A stretch of 63,307 nt of DNA, the filler included, from Octopus bimaculoides (Eukaryota): NCBI RefSeq assembly GCF_001194135.2. It is 7 parts of 7 records of this genome, joined end to end, with 100 filler letters (N's around TTAATTAATTAA, not from the genome) between each part and the next. Parts side by side here need not be neighbours in the genome. Positions count along the whole stretch, not along the records: positions 11,138 to 23,161 come from NC_068985.1; positions 23,262 to 26,630 come from NC_068986.1; positions 26,731 to 58,686 come from NC_068988.1; 4 more parts are not named here. One strand, given 5' to 3'. A program made the translations under genes and the position numbers. Numbering within the stretch: position 1 is the stretch's first letter; each line of letters starts with the position of its first letter. The notes under the pieces are model-generated. The model was given only the letters and a program-made list of their open reading frames with translations, ran no database searches and was not told the DNA's origin. Shown here one piece after another: positions 22,410 to 35,262 of the stretch.

Positions 22410-22561
22410 CCGTTACTACATTTCGAGACATGTAGGTAAGTATGGAATGAGGAACATGTAGCTATGTATACTCAAACGTGTTCGGACAGACACATGAACA
22501 AGTTTGGACAAATAGTCATGTGATTAAGAACGGACCGACATATATTTACATATATATTTAC

Positions 22562-22594
<33 letters not shown>

Positions 22595-22604
22595 TATATA
22601 CATA

Positions 22605-23161
22605 CAGGCGTTGGACAATATAATGGAAACATCTTAATATTTCAAACAAATTTATTTTAATATGGGGTAGGACCCGCTTGAATTCTACGAGGTGTGGACT
22701 TGTACAAAGTTTGAATTGCTTCCAAAGGAATTTTTGTCCATTGTTCAGCTAAAACAGTCTCCAGTTCTTGTAGTGATGACGGTGGAGGATATCGACTCCT
22801 TACTTGTTTTTCTAAAATGTACCGTAAATGTTCAATAATGTTGAGATATGGAGACTGTTGTAGCCACATAAGATGTTCAACTTCACTAGAAGTTCCTCGT
22901 GCCATTCAGTAACAACTATAACTGTGTGAGTTGGTGCATTATCATCCTGAAAGATTGCGTTTCCCTCCGGAAACAGTTCTGCAACCAGAGAACGAATTTG
23001 ATCAGATAAAATGCTTAAATAGTCTTGACTATTAATTCTGCCATAAAGGGAAACCATTGGGCTGGTGGATTTCCAAGATATAGCCCCCCCCCCACACACA
23101 CACACACCAGATCATCACAGATCCTCCTCCATGTTTAACAGTTGGAAGAAAGCAGTCTCAG
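22605..23161 (-). mobile_element. Tc1-like (DD34E) transposon 3' half, truncated by a gap
   Basis: AIFQDDNAPTHT, HLMWLQQSPYLNIIEHL..ILEKQVR, TLYKSTPRRIQA; end TA|caggcgttggacaatataatggaaac. Confidence 0.9.
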
Positions 23162-23303
23162 NNNNNNNNNNNNNNNNNNNNNNNNNNNNNNNNNNNNNNN
23201 NNNNNTTAATTAATTAANNNNNNNNNNNNNNNNNNNNNNNNNNNNNNNNNNNNNNNNNNNNATTGTTTTTGTTGCTGTGGCGTGTGTGTACGTATTCGAA
23301 AGT

Positions 23304-23343
<40 letters not shown>

Positions 23344-23853
23344 ACACACATCCCCTTCCCGCTCCATACGGGGTTTTGTTTTCCAAGATCCTCGCTGTGA
23401 AACCATGTGTCCAGAGGTTGTATTCTGATAAGGCCATTTTGCTAATAGGAAATACATGCATTGCTTCTTTTATTGTCATTATTAATCAAATAGTTAACAA
23501 ATAAACCGATTAACGAAGCAATTCTTTAATTAATCGATCGATCAAGCAATCTATTAACTGACCTGTCAGAGAAGTTTCGATGCCATCGGCGACCTCATTA
23601 ATGACATGCCCTATTCTTACTGGTCTATATTTACCAATATATGCACGCATGTATCGATTAGTTTCTAAATATACTCACGTATGCTTTAAATATTCATAAA
23701 TTTTATACACTTCTTCATTTTATTTCGAAACGTATGGTTGTCTCTGGTTTTACTAAGCGTTCCAGGAGTATATGTGTCGCTCCTGATACAAAGAAACATT
23801 GAGCGAATGAAATACAAAATAGGGCAAATAACGGACATATTTAGCTGTTTTTC

Positions 23854-23894
<41 letters not shown>

Positions 23895-23980
23895 CCCCTC
23901 TTTTTGTGCACGCGCGCGTGAGTGTGTGTGTGTGTGTATAGATAGATAGATAGTTAGATAGACAGACAGAAAGACAGACC

Positions 23981-24038
<58 letters not shown>

Positions 24039-24344
24039 CAGATAGATTGACAAACAGATAGATAGATAGATAGATAGACAGACAGATAGATTGACAAACA
24101 GATAGATAGATAGATAGACAAACAGACAGACAGATAGATAGATATAGATAAATATCAAGATAGCTATACACACACACACAGAGGCAGATAGATTGATAGA
24201 TATACCGCATGACAGTGTAATATGCACTCTTACTAAATTAGTTTCACCTCACCTGCAATGACATATATTAGGCAGATAATGAGAGATGGGAGTAGAAGAA
24301 AGGGAGAAAATCTTAGTAATGAGGGGAAACGGAAAGAGAGAAGG

Positions 24345-24375
<31 letters not shown>

Positions 24376-25473
24376 GTGTGTGTGTATGTAGCCTAAAGCT
24401 ACTTGTAAAGCACTGATCAAGAGTCTCACTGCTTTTGCTCAGCTAATTAATGCATACCTCTAATGAACGTAGGGATATAAAGAAGAATGAGTAGAGCACC
24501 GCTTGTTGAAATGAACAGCCTCGACTCAAAACAACATAGAAATACTGAATGAAACCGCCCCGAAATCTTGTCATCAGATCTTCTAAGATCATGTAGTTTG
24601 GACGCCTTTATTCTGTAGATGAGTATTTCTACGTAATCTTAGAGTTATGTGCTCTAACTTCTGACATGCCACAAGGTGGCAGCATTAAATATTTCAGTTA
24701 TCTATGTCATGCTCAATATTCAGCACATGAATAGATATATGTCTTCAATGACGATATCTCCGAATAGAGGCAGAGTATTTCAAAATTACATTACAAAGCT
24801 TGTGTCTCTACACCCAACCAACCAACCAACAGACTAAACGACCAGCCAATATTTCGCTGATGTGGAATTCCCTTCTGTAAAACTTCAGTAGAATTAAATA
24901 CGAGAACATGGTTAAAAAGGATTTCATATGTGGAAGTTTGAATCTGAGAAAGTTAAACTAGGAAGATTCAGCTTCGTCTCCTGAGTATATTAGAGTGAGA
25001 GCCTCTCTAAAAACTGTCCCGTTTTTCTTAATCATGCTAAAATACTACAAAATTCAGATGTGTGATGTAAGATGTTTATACTCCAAAGAATGTCTTTAGA
25101 AGAACCATGCACCTTTCTGAATTTGCAGTGAGATAGAATTTGGTATATGTTGACGTGTGTATTTCTGTATGCATCAACACACACGCACACACACACACGT
25201 ACATACACACACACGTCACTAACGGAAAAGGTTCCATTCGTCATTTTAAAGTTAGTGTCAGTAGAATAAACTTCACAACTGTTCAAACTACCTCATCATC
25301 ATATACATATATGTATCAATATATATGCATGCATAGATATTTCTTAAAATACACTCTTGTAGTGTAAATACATTGTTTTCTTTTATTGTTTTTTATTCTA
25401 TTTTCATATTAGCATTCGCACATCGAGAACCTATACACCAAAATACAGAAAAATTTCTCTTTAAGAACACCTT

Positions 25474-25519
<46 letters not shown>

Positions 25520-25533
25520 NNNNNNNNNNCCTT

Positions 25534-25576
<43 letters not shown>

Positions 25577-26565
25577 GCACACACAGACGCACACCCACAC
25601 ACACACACAAGAAGAAAATCGACGTATTGGCGTTATATGCCTCCTGCTAAATAGGTTTTCTCTAAATATCGGTGTATAATTCTTTGCAAAAATGAACTTA
25701 AATGGTTTATGTCTCATGGTTTACAGTAGCCATTTAACGCTTATCGTATCGTCTCATCTAAGATATCAGCGCTTAGCCAGCGCGCCACTGGTTTTACAGC
25801 ATGGTAATGGGCGAGGATGTAAGGAGGATGGGCAAAGACCAGATAGATGTATGGATCAGATAAGGAACATATAATGTAAAATGAATAGGGGGCGAATTAT
25901 TGCTACCACGGACGCTACCCGCACTCAATGTGCGTGTGCCTTCTATTAGAGATATGAGATATACGAGCACACATCAGAAACTCTGTGTGTGTGTCTATGT
26001 GTGCGTGCGTGTGTGTGTGAGAGAGAGAGAGAGGGATCCTTTTATGGCTTTATGATTTATATGTAAACACGCAAGTATGAACTTATGACAGAAAGGTGGA
26101 AGAACTTATACACATATCAAGAAAAATACGTTTTCTAAGCTTGTGTGAGTGTGCATGTATGCATGCACACACACACACACACATATACATATAAGCATAA
26201 ATAACTACACACACACAGACACAATCTATATATATGTGTGTATGTGAGTGAGTGTATGTGCAAAGAGGCGTGAAATATTCCCTTCGATTCACATGTGAAA
26301 CTGAGATCGATCCGAATACCTGGCGATTTAGACACATGTGAATGAGCCGAATGTTCTGCCTGAAAGGGAATAGATGGGAACTGGATGGAAGTCTAACTAC
26401 TGGGACTGTGATTTTAATATTCAATCTTCATATATATATATGGAACAAATAAATGCTCATTGTCGAAAAACTGAGAGAACACTTCATTAAATAAGACACA
26501 AGCATTGAAATAAGCACACGTATATGTGTGTACGTACATACCGCTGTATCAGTCCATACGTATGC

Positions 26566-26596
<31 letters not shown>

Positions 26597-26730
26597 TTTA
26601 TGCATTCATATATACTTGGTATATATATATNNNNNNNNNNNNNNNNNNNNNNNNNNNNNNNNNNNNNNNNNNNNTTAATTAATTAANNNNNNNNNNNNNN
26701 NNNNNNNNNNNNNNNNNNNNNNNNNNNNNN

Positions 26731-27000
26731 CGAACAATATGGCCACACCATCTCAATTGGTTCCTCAAAATCATGGCTTTAATTGAGGGGATGCCTGCAG
26801 ATGCAAGGATATCTGTGTTTGGAGTAAAAGAATTCCATTTAATTCTTAAAATATGACGAAGGCATTTTTGGTGGAATTTTTCTAACATTTTAAAATGCCT
26901 TTCATAACAGGTCCAAGTTTCACAGGAATACAATAGGGATGTTAAGACAAATGATTTGTAAAGAGTCAGCTTTGTATTGTTATTTATATGTCGCTGGCGC
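26731..27000 (-). mobile_element. RTE-clade LINE RT fragment
   Basis: RVWRQRHINNNTKLTLYKSFVLTSLLYSCETWTCYERHFKMLEKFHQKCLRHILRIKWNSFTPNTDILASAGIPSIKAMILRNQLRWCGHIV. Confidence 0.9.
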
Positions 27001-27084
27001 CAGACGCGTGACTCCAAGCCACCAAATGCTTACATACATATATACATATATACACACACATACATACATATATGTGTGTGTGGT

Positions 27085-27305
27085 TGTGTCTGTGTTTGTC
27101 CCACCACCACCATCACCACTTGACAATCAGGGCTGGTGTGATTACGTCCCCGTAACTTAGCGGTTCGGCAAAAACAACCGATAGAACAAGTATAAGAAAT
27201 AAGTACTGGGGTCGATACATTCGACTGAAAAATGGTTCATGTCGGTGCCCCAGCATGGCCGCAGTCTAATGACTGAAACAAGTAAAAGACAACAAAAATT
27301 AAAAG
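27085..27305 (+). mobile_element. SINE family B 3' half
   Basis: gtgtttgtcccaccacc...cttgacaatcagggctggtgtgattacgtccccgtaacttagcggttcggcaaaa...cagcatggccgcagtctaatgactgaaacaagtaaaag. Confidence 0.85.
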
Positions 27306-27852
27306 ATAAAGGATGCTGGACACAGAGGAAGGTGTGGCGTCCATTGCCTTTGCAGATCTTTGTAGTCTGCTGAGATCGATCCACTAATGTTCCTCTTGAA
27401 CCTTTTTAAGTCAACGCCTGCAAGAGAGATAGGAACAATGTAGAGGGGATTCCAAAGGGTCAACGTTCTGATAATTAAAACTGGGATGAATGATTAATAT
27501 GGAACTTGGTATGGGTGGATACAACAAAGGTGATGGGGGTGGGGGTTATGTTAAGAATTAGCAATGGTTCATGAAGCATGTTAATAGCCTTCACTCGTCA
27601 GATCACAGTCTATTTCAACATCTGACTTTCTCATGAAGAATCTGATTAATCCTACTGATTTGGAATAACACATGCAAAAGGATTTTCTAAATTATTTTTA
27701 AAACACACGTAAATATTTCTTTTACTGTTTCCTAATTGCTAGAATGGTTGAATTATTATTCGAAACTAATTTAATCACAAATATTTGAAAGGAGCAAGGG
27801 TTTTGCCGAGTCACTCCCACCTTCTATCTGTCTGACTGCCTCCTTCTCTCTT

Positions 27853-27886
<34 letters not shown>

Positions 27887-28049
27887 GCAAATGCACGCAC
27901 GCACGCAAATGCACGCACGCACGCACGCACCTACGAATTGAAACACCTACATCAGACTCTCGTAACCCTTTGGTTAGTTGTTAAATAGGTTATTCCACTC
28001 AGCCATTTTCTGCCACTGCCATATGAGAAAACAGAGATTTAAGTCAAGC

Positions 28050-28250
28050 GAGAATTTTCTCAATTTATATAATAGATGCAGCACGGAATTTTGTCAGTGA
28101 ACAGGTCGCGGTCTCAAAGCGACGAAAATATTTTGGCAAATTAAATTTAAATGTTGAAGTGAATCTAACGGTTTTTGTGTGTTTCTTAAATGGCTTATAA
28201 ACACCTTCCACGCTGCAATTGTTTACAATATAAATAAATATCAATAAACG
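28050..28250 (+). mobile_element. Probable PLE terminal repeat with a degenerate hammerhead motif
   Basis: aattttgtca-gtgaaca-g-gtcgc ggtctcaaa gcgac-gaaa-atattt-tggcaaatt: perfect 5-bp stem II, mutated core. Confidence 0.45.
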
Positions 28251-28572
28251 ATAGGTGTAAAAGATATATAAAATCAAAAAGTTGTGACTGCAAGAATATT
28301 TTAATGGTTGAAAGAAGAGAAATAAATGAAGCAAATTAACCATTACAGGATTGCTAGAAAAGATATTCTGCGAAGCCACTATCTTCCAAATACTTTCAAG
28401 TTTCTATAAGGAACATAAGAAAAGAGAATGGTAATCGCAGAATAGAATAAATATATAAATTGTCAATAGTTTGAAAGTTTTCGGAGAACATTAAGCGAAA
28501 ATAATTGAAGTAAAATGACATTATTTAATAAGAAATCTTTTTGAATAATTGGAACTGCACTTTTGACCTGAC

Positions 28573-28624
28573 CTGATGTAGTAGAGTACAGGGGTAAGAC
28601 AAACAGCACATATATCACTTTCAT
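28573..28624 (-). CDS. Probable first coding exon (signal peptide) of the chitin-binding protein
   Basis: aaacATG AAA GTG...: MKVIYVLFVLPLYSTTS(G), donor G|gtcagg; the phase 1 end joins exon 2 in frame. Confidence 0.6.
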
Positions 28625-29117
28625 GTTTGAAAATAGTCTTTTTCCAGAGCAATTGAGCAAAGATAAACATTTTACCAAACTCTCATCTTCTTCATTGCCA
28701 ATTCCATTCAAATGTTTAGTGGAACATAGTAACCAATCTGCCATGAAACCACTTAAAAATGTACAATGTTGCTTTGCATTGATGGGGGAAGACAGGCATG
28801 AAATTTGGCTTCTGGGAAATGTAAGGAAAAGTTCGATGTTACATTACCTTTAAGACAGACAGAACCCAGGGGAAAGGTAAAATTGCGATTAACTTTGTAG
28901 TCTTTTCAATATTGGCTAGGACATTTTATACAATCGATAGCTTCCACTCACTCGCTTTGGACAGCATATCTATCAGAGTTATAGCTAACAACAGTAATAA
29001 TAGCAACATTGACACGAGAATTACATTGGAAACAGCTTTACTCGGTTTGTTCTCTTTGTTTGTTTTAGAGATTTTCTTGTTTCTATTTGCTTCTTTTAAT
29101 TTTTGTTTATCCAGTAA

Positions 29118-29168
<51 letters not shown>

Positions 29169-29369
29169 TTCCTTTTCTGCTTTTCTTTCTTTCTTTTTAC
29201 TTTCTTGCTTTCTTTTCCTTTTCTACTTTTCTTTCTTTAGTTTTGTTTTCGTTTTTGTTTTCTTTTTTTCTTTTTCGTTTTGCTTCTATTTCTCAAAGGT
29301 CTTTCTAATTTAATACTTTCGAGAAGATTTGTAGTGGAAACAATTACTTTTAATAGAAAATACCAGCAC

Positions 29370-29900
29370 AACTTATTGCGCTCCCCCACACACCACCATG
29401 CCATGCTGCATTATTCTGCACAACACTCTACCGCCGCTCCACATGCCCTACTACAACACATGCCTCTCCACTCTGCACCATGCCACGTAAAAATAGACTA
29501 TTCCACATTAAACCACACCATACTACCGTTCCACACGGTATCATAAGATATCACAATATCACACCACACCACACCGCATATGATTACACCGTACCACTCT
29601 GCTTCAACGTATGAAACGACCACATCATATCGCCCTATACTATGATACCTCAACCACATTGCTCTATGTCTCAACACAGTGCCATGCCGCAACATATTTA
29701 ACCCATGTCACATGACAAAGCAACATTCAATCTAAAACCCTTTGCACCACCTGCTCCTCCACCCCCACCATTTCGCACCACACTGCACCGCACTTGATTG
29801 CACTCTATAACACGCTTCATCATCCCACATTACCCTTCATCAATCCACACTATCTTGTCACACTACACTGCACCGTGTCAAACGACACGACACGACACGA
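29370..29900. repeat. Degenerate pentamer satellite (cacca/cacta/catca-like)
   Basis: About 500 bp of CA-rich sequence with a visible 5-nt periodicity. Confidence 0.65.
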
Positions 29901-30729
29901 GGCCAGCGCCGAGACGAGAGAAGCCAGTACACGTGGGGGAATTTACAGTGCTATGTGTTCTCAAATAATATGGTGTGCCAGGGGTTAAATTTCAGCTGAC
30001 ACGCTGTTCATTTCAGCCAATATTCTGCTTTAACTAACTTACTTCTTCATTATTTCCATGCACTGCTGCCTATTTCAAGATCAATAATAGCCAGAGCGAT
30101 ATAATCTCTTCTTTACTCTCATACAACCATTTTCTATTATAGCCTGAAGTAACACCCATACTTGCTCTACGACAAATAAAATGAGTTAAATATATATAAC
30201 TAGTTTATTTAGGCATAGCTGTGTGGATAAGAGGCTGGCTTGGTCACAACAGGGTTCCGGGTTCATTACGACTATGTGGCACCTTCGGCAAGAGTCTTCT
30301 GCCATAGCCTCAGGATGACCAAAGCTGGGGGAGTGGAATATCTTTATGTTGCAAATGATGAGCAAGAGCGGACTTCATGTGAAGAACGCCGGTTTATTAA
30401 TGGCGCTTACATCCTTTGCCAGCGGAGGCAAATATTTTAAAAATTCATGCATATATATGTCTAGGAAAAGGTAGCCAAACGTAGTATACTATACTTACTA
30501 ACATACACACTTATGTGAATATGTGTGTGTGTGTTTGTGTGTGTGTGTGTGGTGTGTATGTGCGCATTGGTGTGTGCATGTGTGTGTGTGTGTGTCTGTA
30601 GGGATCGTTAAATAGGTATAATATATTGTATTTACTAACACATACACACACATACATTAATATTTAGGGAGAGGTAAGCATACCGAATATCTTATACTTA
30701 CCAATATGTATGTTTTGTGTGTGTGAAAG

Positions 30730-30781
<52 letters not shown>

Positions 30782-31299
30782 TGTGTGTGTGTGTGTGTGT
30801 AATGAATTCCTACATTGTTTCTGTATACTAAATTCTACTCATATAGTAATGGCCAATCGAAGCTTTTGTAGAAGACATTTCCCTCATGGTGATATGCAGG
30901 AGAATCAAATCTCGTTAGTCAAGCGACAGCATACATGCTTTTTTGTTGCTTCTACTTTCCCGCAGCATATATTTACTGTGTGAGAGTAGATCCGGAATAT
31001 GTTGGAGTGTTGATCATTAGGTTACCCTTAATAGTAGGAGACACCTATTGGAACCTGGCTAGAACTGAATTAAGCTAGTGTAGTGTGTAGCCTATACTAT
31101 ACATTATGAAGAGGAACTAAAGTTTTTAGATTTTAAAAATAAAAAGGGACCACGTATAAAAAACTTTGCTATTTCATCGAGTTATTATTCATTTTATGGA
31201 TCCAACAACATGTTTAAAGGACCAGTGTTTTCCGATTTGGTAGCCAGTACAGAATAAACGAAATCAGCAAAAGGGTCACGTTTGTTATTAATTCACCTA

Positions 31300-31520
31300 A
31301 AGCAAGGTAGTGAGTGGGCAGAATTGTATGCAAGCCGGACAAAATACTCAGCGGCGTTTCATCTGTCTTTACGTCCCGAGTTCAAATACCACCGAGGTGG
31401 ACTTTGTCTTTCATTCTTTCGGGGAGTGATGAAAAAAGTACTAGTAGAACACTGGGGTCGATGTAATCGATAATCCTTCCCCAAAATGCAGGCTCTGTGC
31501 GTATATGAGAAAGGATTATT
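31300..31520 (+). mobile_element. SINE family A
   Basis: ggtagtgagtgggcagaattgtatgcaagccggacaaaatactcagcggcgtttc...gagttcaaataccaccgaggtggactttg. Confidence 0.85.
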
Positions 31521-31829
31521 TCACTTTAAGCGTAATATCTGACAAGTCTGGGATATATTATATATTATGTCACCACTAGACACAGTAGACTATGAAGCAA
31601 ATGTATATGGATGATCTCCCTGTTTCATTTTTAAGCAACTAAAAATACAAAGCATAAACTCTAGACTGTCACGCAAATTTGCAAATTGACTAATTTATGG
31701 AATTGTTTCTTAGGAAACTAAGATGCACAAATTAAATATTCTCTCTGAATAAGCAAATTTAATATAGTGTAATGTTTTACAGTAATCTAATGTGACAGAC
31801 CAAAAAGAACAAGAAAATTCAAGCTTAGC

Positions 31830-32300
31830 AGACATGCCTCGAAGTGGGTCGTCCGTCAACTTCCGTCAACCCTGTCGACTAGGAAAAACGAAACGATTTA
31901 ATTAGAACTGGCAGGCACATAACCATTGATGAATAGCATTAGAGCTTGAAGTTAGCCATGGTGGTATTCACAACGTTATTGAGTCACATGGATATTCACA
32001 AGTTTGTGCTCGCTGGGCGTCAATATAGCTGTCAGATGAGCACAGGACTGAAAGAGTTAACTGCAGCACTGAACTCCCTGAACCCAGTGAAAAAGATAAA
32101 AAATTTCTTTCAAAGGCTCATAACTGTTGATCAAACTCGGATTCATCGTTATGAATTAGAATTAAAAAAGCAATCAATGGAATGCGGTCATCCGACATCT
32201 CCAGAGAAAAACCAAATGGAAAATCATAGCGACTGTCTTTTGGGATGCTCAGTGTGTTATTCTTCTCAATTTCTTGCCAAGAGGAGAAACAACTAACTTA
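31830..32300 (+). mobile_element. Mariner transposase fragment, decayed
   Basis: PRSGSSV (PRSGRP motif), FFQRLITVDQTRIHRYELELKKQSMECGHPTSP (canonical RIVTGDETW.HHY.PE.K.QS.EW), and IIATVFWDA in a shifted frame. Confidence 0.85.
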
Positions 32301-33909
32301 AAAGACTTAGCACAAGATTCCGATGAGTAATACCAAATTTGAAGATGAGAAGTAGGGGTCTGAATCTGTGATATAAATCTATATTTTGATGTATGGTATA
32401 TTTAATTGTTTTTTTTTCTTTTTTATATAAAACAAATTGCATTACTTTTTGACTAGCCCTCGCAGTTTGCTTAACTCTTTGCATGTTCAGATCGATTCAT
32501 AAGTTTGTCCCAAGCGTTCATGCTTGTTTTCAGACTTTTAGTTAGCTCTTGTTTCATACACTTTGAGTAATACAAAACTTTTTTCATAAGTCCCAAGTTA
32601 TACTGGTGGTTTAAAAAAATGGGTACGTGTATTATATATAATGCACAGAAGCCATCACGTGTTGCACAGGACAGGCAAAGAATTAAGTTAACGTGTTGTG
32701 TATATCATCAAATATTCTGTGTATTTGATCAACCGTAAATAACCAGTCGTTCTTAAAAGTTGAAGGTATATTAATATATTGGAAATGAAACATTAAGCGG
32801 AGAGACACTGAAAATGGGAAGTACGTGACATATGCTAATCTTTCCACTATGTTAACACTTTAGTTGCCATATTTCTTAAAAATACATTGTATATGCATTT
32901 CAAACTCATCTCACCTCAACTTCTTCTGCTACTTATTCTTGGGAAAGTCGTGAGGCTGTGCTCAAGCACGCCTTCCATTAGGTCCTGTCAGAAGCAGCCG
33001 TCTCCAATTTACCTGGCTAGTTCCCCAGTCGGTTCTGAAGAAATTTTCATATTGGTAACTTGTGCGAATAAGACCAAAAAAATAGAACCCCTCCCCTCCA
33101 GTCTAGTTAGAGGCAATAAAAGCGTTCATACCACATCGTCCCGTCTTCACATTTCATTCAATTTTCAAAATAAAGTATTTGAAAGAATTTAGTAGTAAAA
33201 CATTTTTCCTATTAATATGGAGTTCGAAATTGACTTGAACATGAACAAAATTTAAATATGGATACATTAAAACAATGAATTTTGTATCATGAATCCAGAA
33301 GCGGTTTCGCTTGGAATGTTATTGAAAAGATTAATCTACAGCATTGCCTCAAGTCATTCAAAAAATAATCTGTGTGTCTCTGATGGGAGCACGTGCTTTT
33401 ATTTGAAGGCAAGGTTGTTGATTCAATGTACCCCAGCTTAAACTGTTGCTGTTCAGCTCCTCACATTCTCTGATCCTGCAAAACTATGATCAATGATGTT
33501 TCAGTTCATCTCATATATAATAGACACAATGTATCTAGAATTAAATTATCTCATGTGTCATTTTCTTAGATGGTAAGGTTTGATTTCACAAAGAGAGATT
33601 TGTCTGCCATTTATAGCGGGTTGATTGACCATACGGTGGTTCCGCTGTTGGCTTGTTAACTTGGAGGCAGTTGTTGGTCTTAAGTAGTTCTTAATGAAGA
33701 CAAATTAGTGTTCTACCTGCGGGAAAATTTATCTCCTTTCTCTTTAATATGAGAGTTTCTGGTCACAAGAAATGGCCTTTTAAATACCCCCTCCTCTTCC
33801 TCGTCGTCGACGTCGTCGTCGACGTCGTCGTCGACGTCGTCGTCATCGTTACATTAAATTTCATGGATATGATACAGACTACAATGAGAATGCTTATGTG
33901 GTCGTTAGC

Positions 33910-33976
<67 letters not shown>

Positions 33977-34203
33977 TGGAGGTTCTACTTTTTTTTTTAC
34001 TTGTTTCAGTCAACGGACTTCAGTCGCGTAGAGGTACAACCTTCAAGTGTTTTCGTTCATCAATCTCTGATACTTATTCGATCGGTCTCTTTTTGCTTAC
34101 ACACTACGTCATGGGAACTTAATCAAGCATACACCAGTTGTCAAACGCTGAGACATAAAATCACAGACACGAACACACGAGTGCGAGCACACACGCCTGT
34201 ATA

Positions 34204-34438
34204 CAGTAGTCCCTCGCCATATCGCGGTTCACCTTTCACGGTTCACCTATCACGGTTTATTATTTAAGCTTACGCCGATTCCTTCGTGGTGTTGTTTTGC
34301 ATTTATAATAAAGTAAATATATACAAATTATAAAAGTAATTAAAAAATATGCAGTACAGTAATGTTTCTACTTCGCAGATTTTCACTTATCGCGGGGGAT
34401 TTTGGAACGTAACACCAGCGATAGTCGACGGATTACTG
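34204..34438. mobile_element. pogo/Tigger-like MITE, 235 bp
   Basis: TA|cagtagtccctcgccatatcgcgg ... ccagcgatagtcgacggattactg|TA: CAGT termini and TA duplication. Confidence 0.85.
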
Positions 34439-35041
34439 TATCTCTGAGTTGTGGAACATCTATAGGAAATATATAAAACTTTATAATTTCTACATCAGGT
34501 GTCCCTTCAGCAGCCAGCACACCAGGGTGTTTCATGAAGCCCAAAATCTAAGACTGTACATCCTCTTATAGAAGATTCAGAAGAGAAAGATTTGCTTGTA
34601 TATTTCGTACCTCCCCAAAGCTTCACAAAGCAGTTCTAATGTGAACACTGGCAAGAAAAATGTGCAATGTTTTCATATTTTGGAAGACAAGGCAAACAAA
34701 ATGGCTCAGAGATTGGCTTAAAGCATCTCTACAAGCAGTCATTAAAATTGTGGCTACTTAAATTTTATAAAAACTGGAAAATTCACAGTGGTGCTCAAAT
34801 AGCTAACATCAAAATGACCTCCTGTTGAGAAGAAAAGATCCGCGAAATTATAATATAACCAATAATGTATGGGCTGCACCTTCGCATACCTAGCCTACAT
34901 ATGAAAATAACTGCTGGTTCGGATAGGTCTCATCAACGGTGTAAGAACAGACCAGATCTGACCAGACCAAATATACAAGCCAGTCATGAGCGCTACCATC
35001 TTTGACAAAGAGGTATGAGCAATATATATAGAACATAATAT

Positions 35042-35262
35042 AATCCTTTCTACAATAGGTACAAGACCAGCAATTTCGGAAAAGGGTGCAAGTCGTTTAC
35101 ATTGACCTCAGTTTTTGATTTGTACTTTTTTTTATCGATCCCGTGGGGATGAAAGGCAAACAAAGTCGACCTCGGCGGAATTTGAACTCAGAACTGAAAA
35201 ACGAACGAAAGGCCGTTAAGCATTTTGCCCGGCGTACTAACTGTTCTGCCAGCTTATCGCCT
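35042..35262 (-). mobile_element. SINE family A
   Basis: aatcctttctacaataggtacaagacc...gtcgacctcggcggaatttgaactcagaac...gcattttgcccggcgtactaactgttctgccagctt. Confidence 0.9.

Noticed and set aside
32065-32070. In-frame TGA codons in transposon fossils read as selenocysteine or programmed readthrough
   Set aside because: The fossils also carry TAA/TAG stops and frameshifts, and I saw no SECIS-like structure; ordinary decay explains them (coordinates are a placeholder within one fossil).
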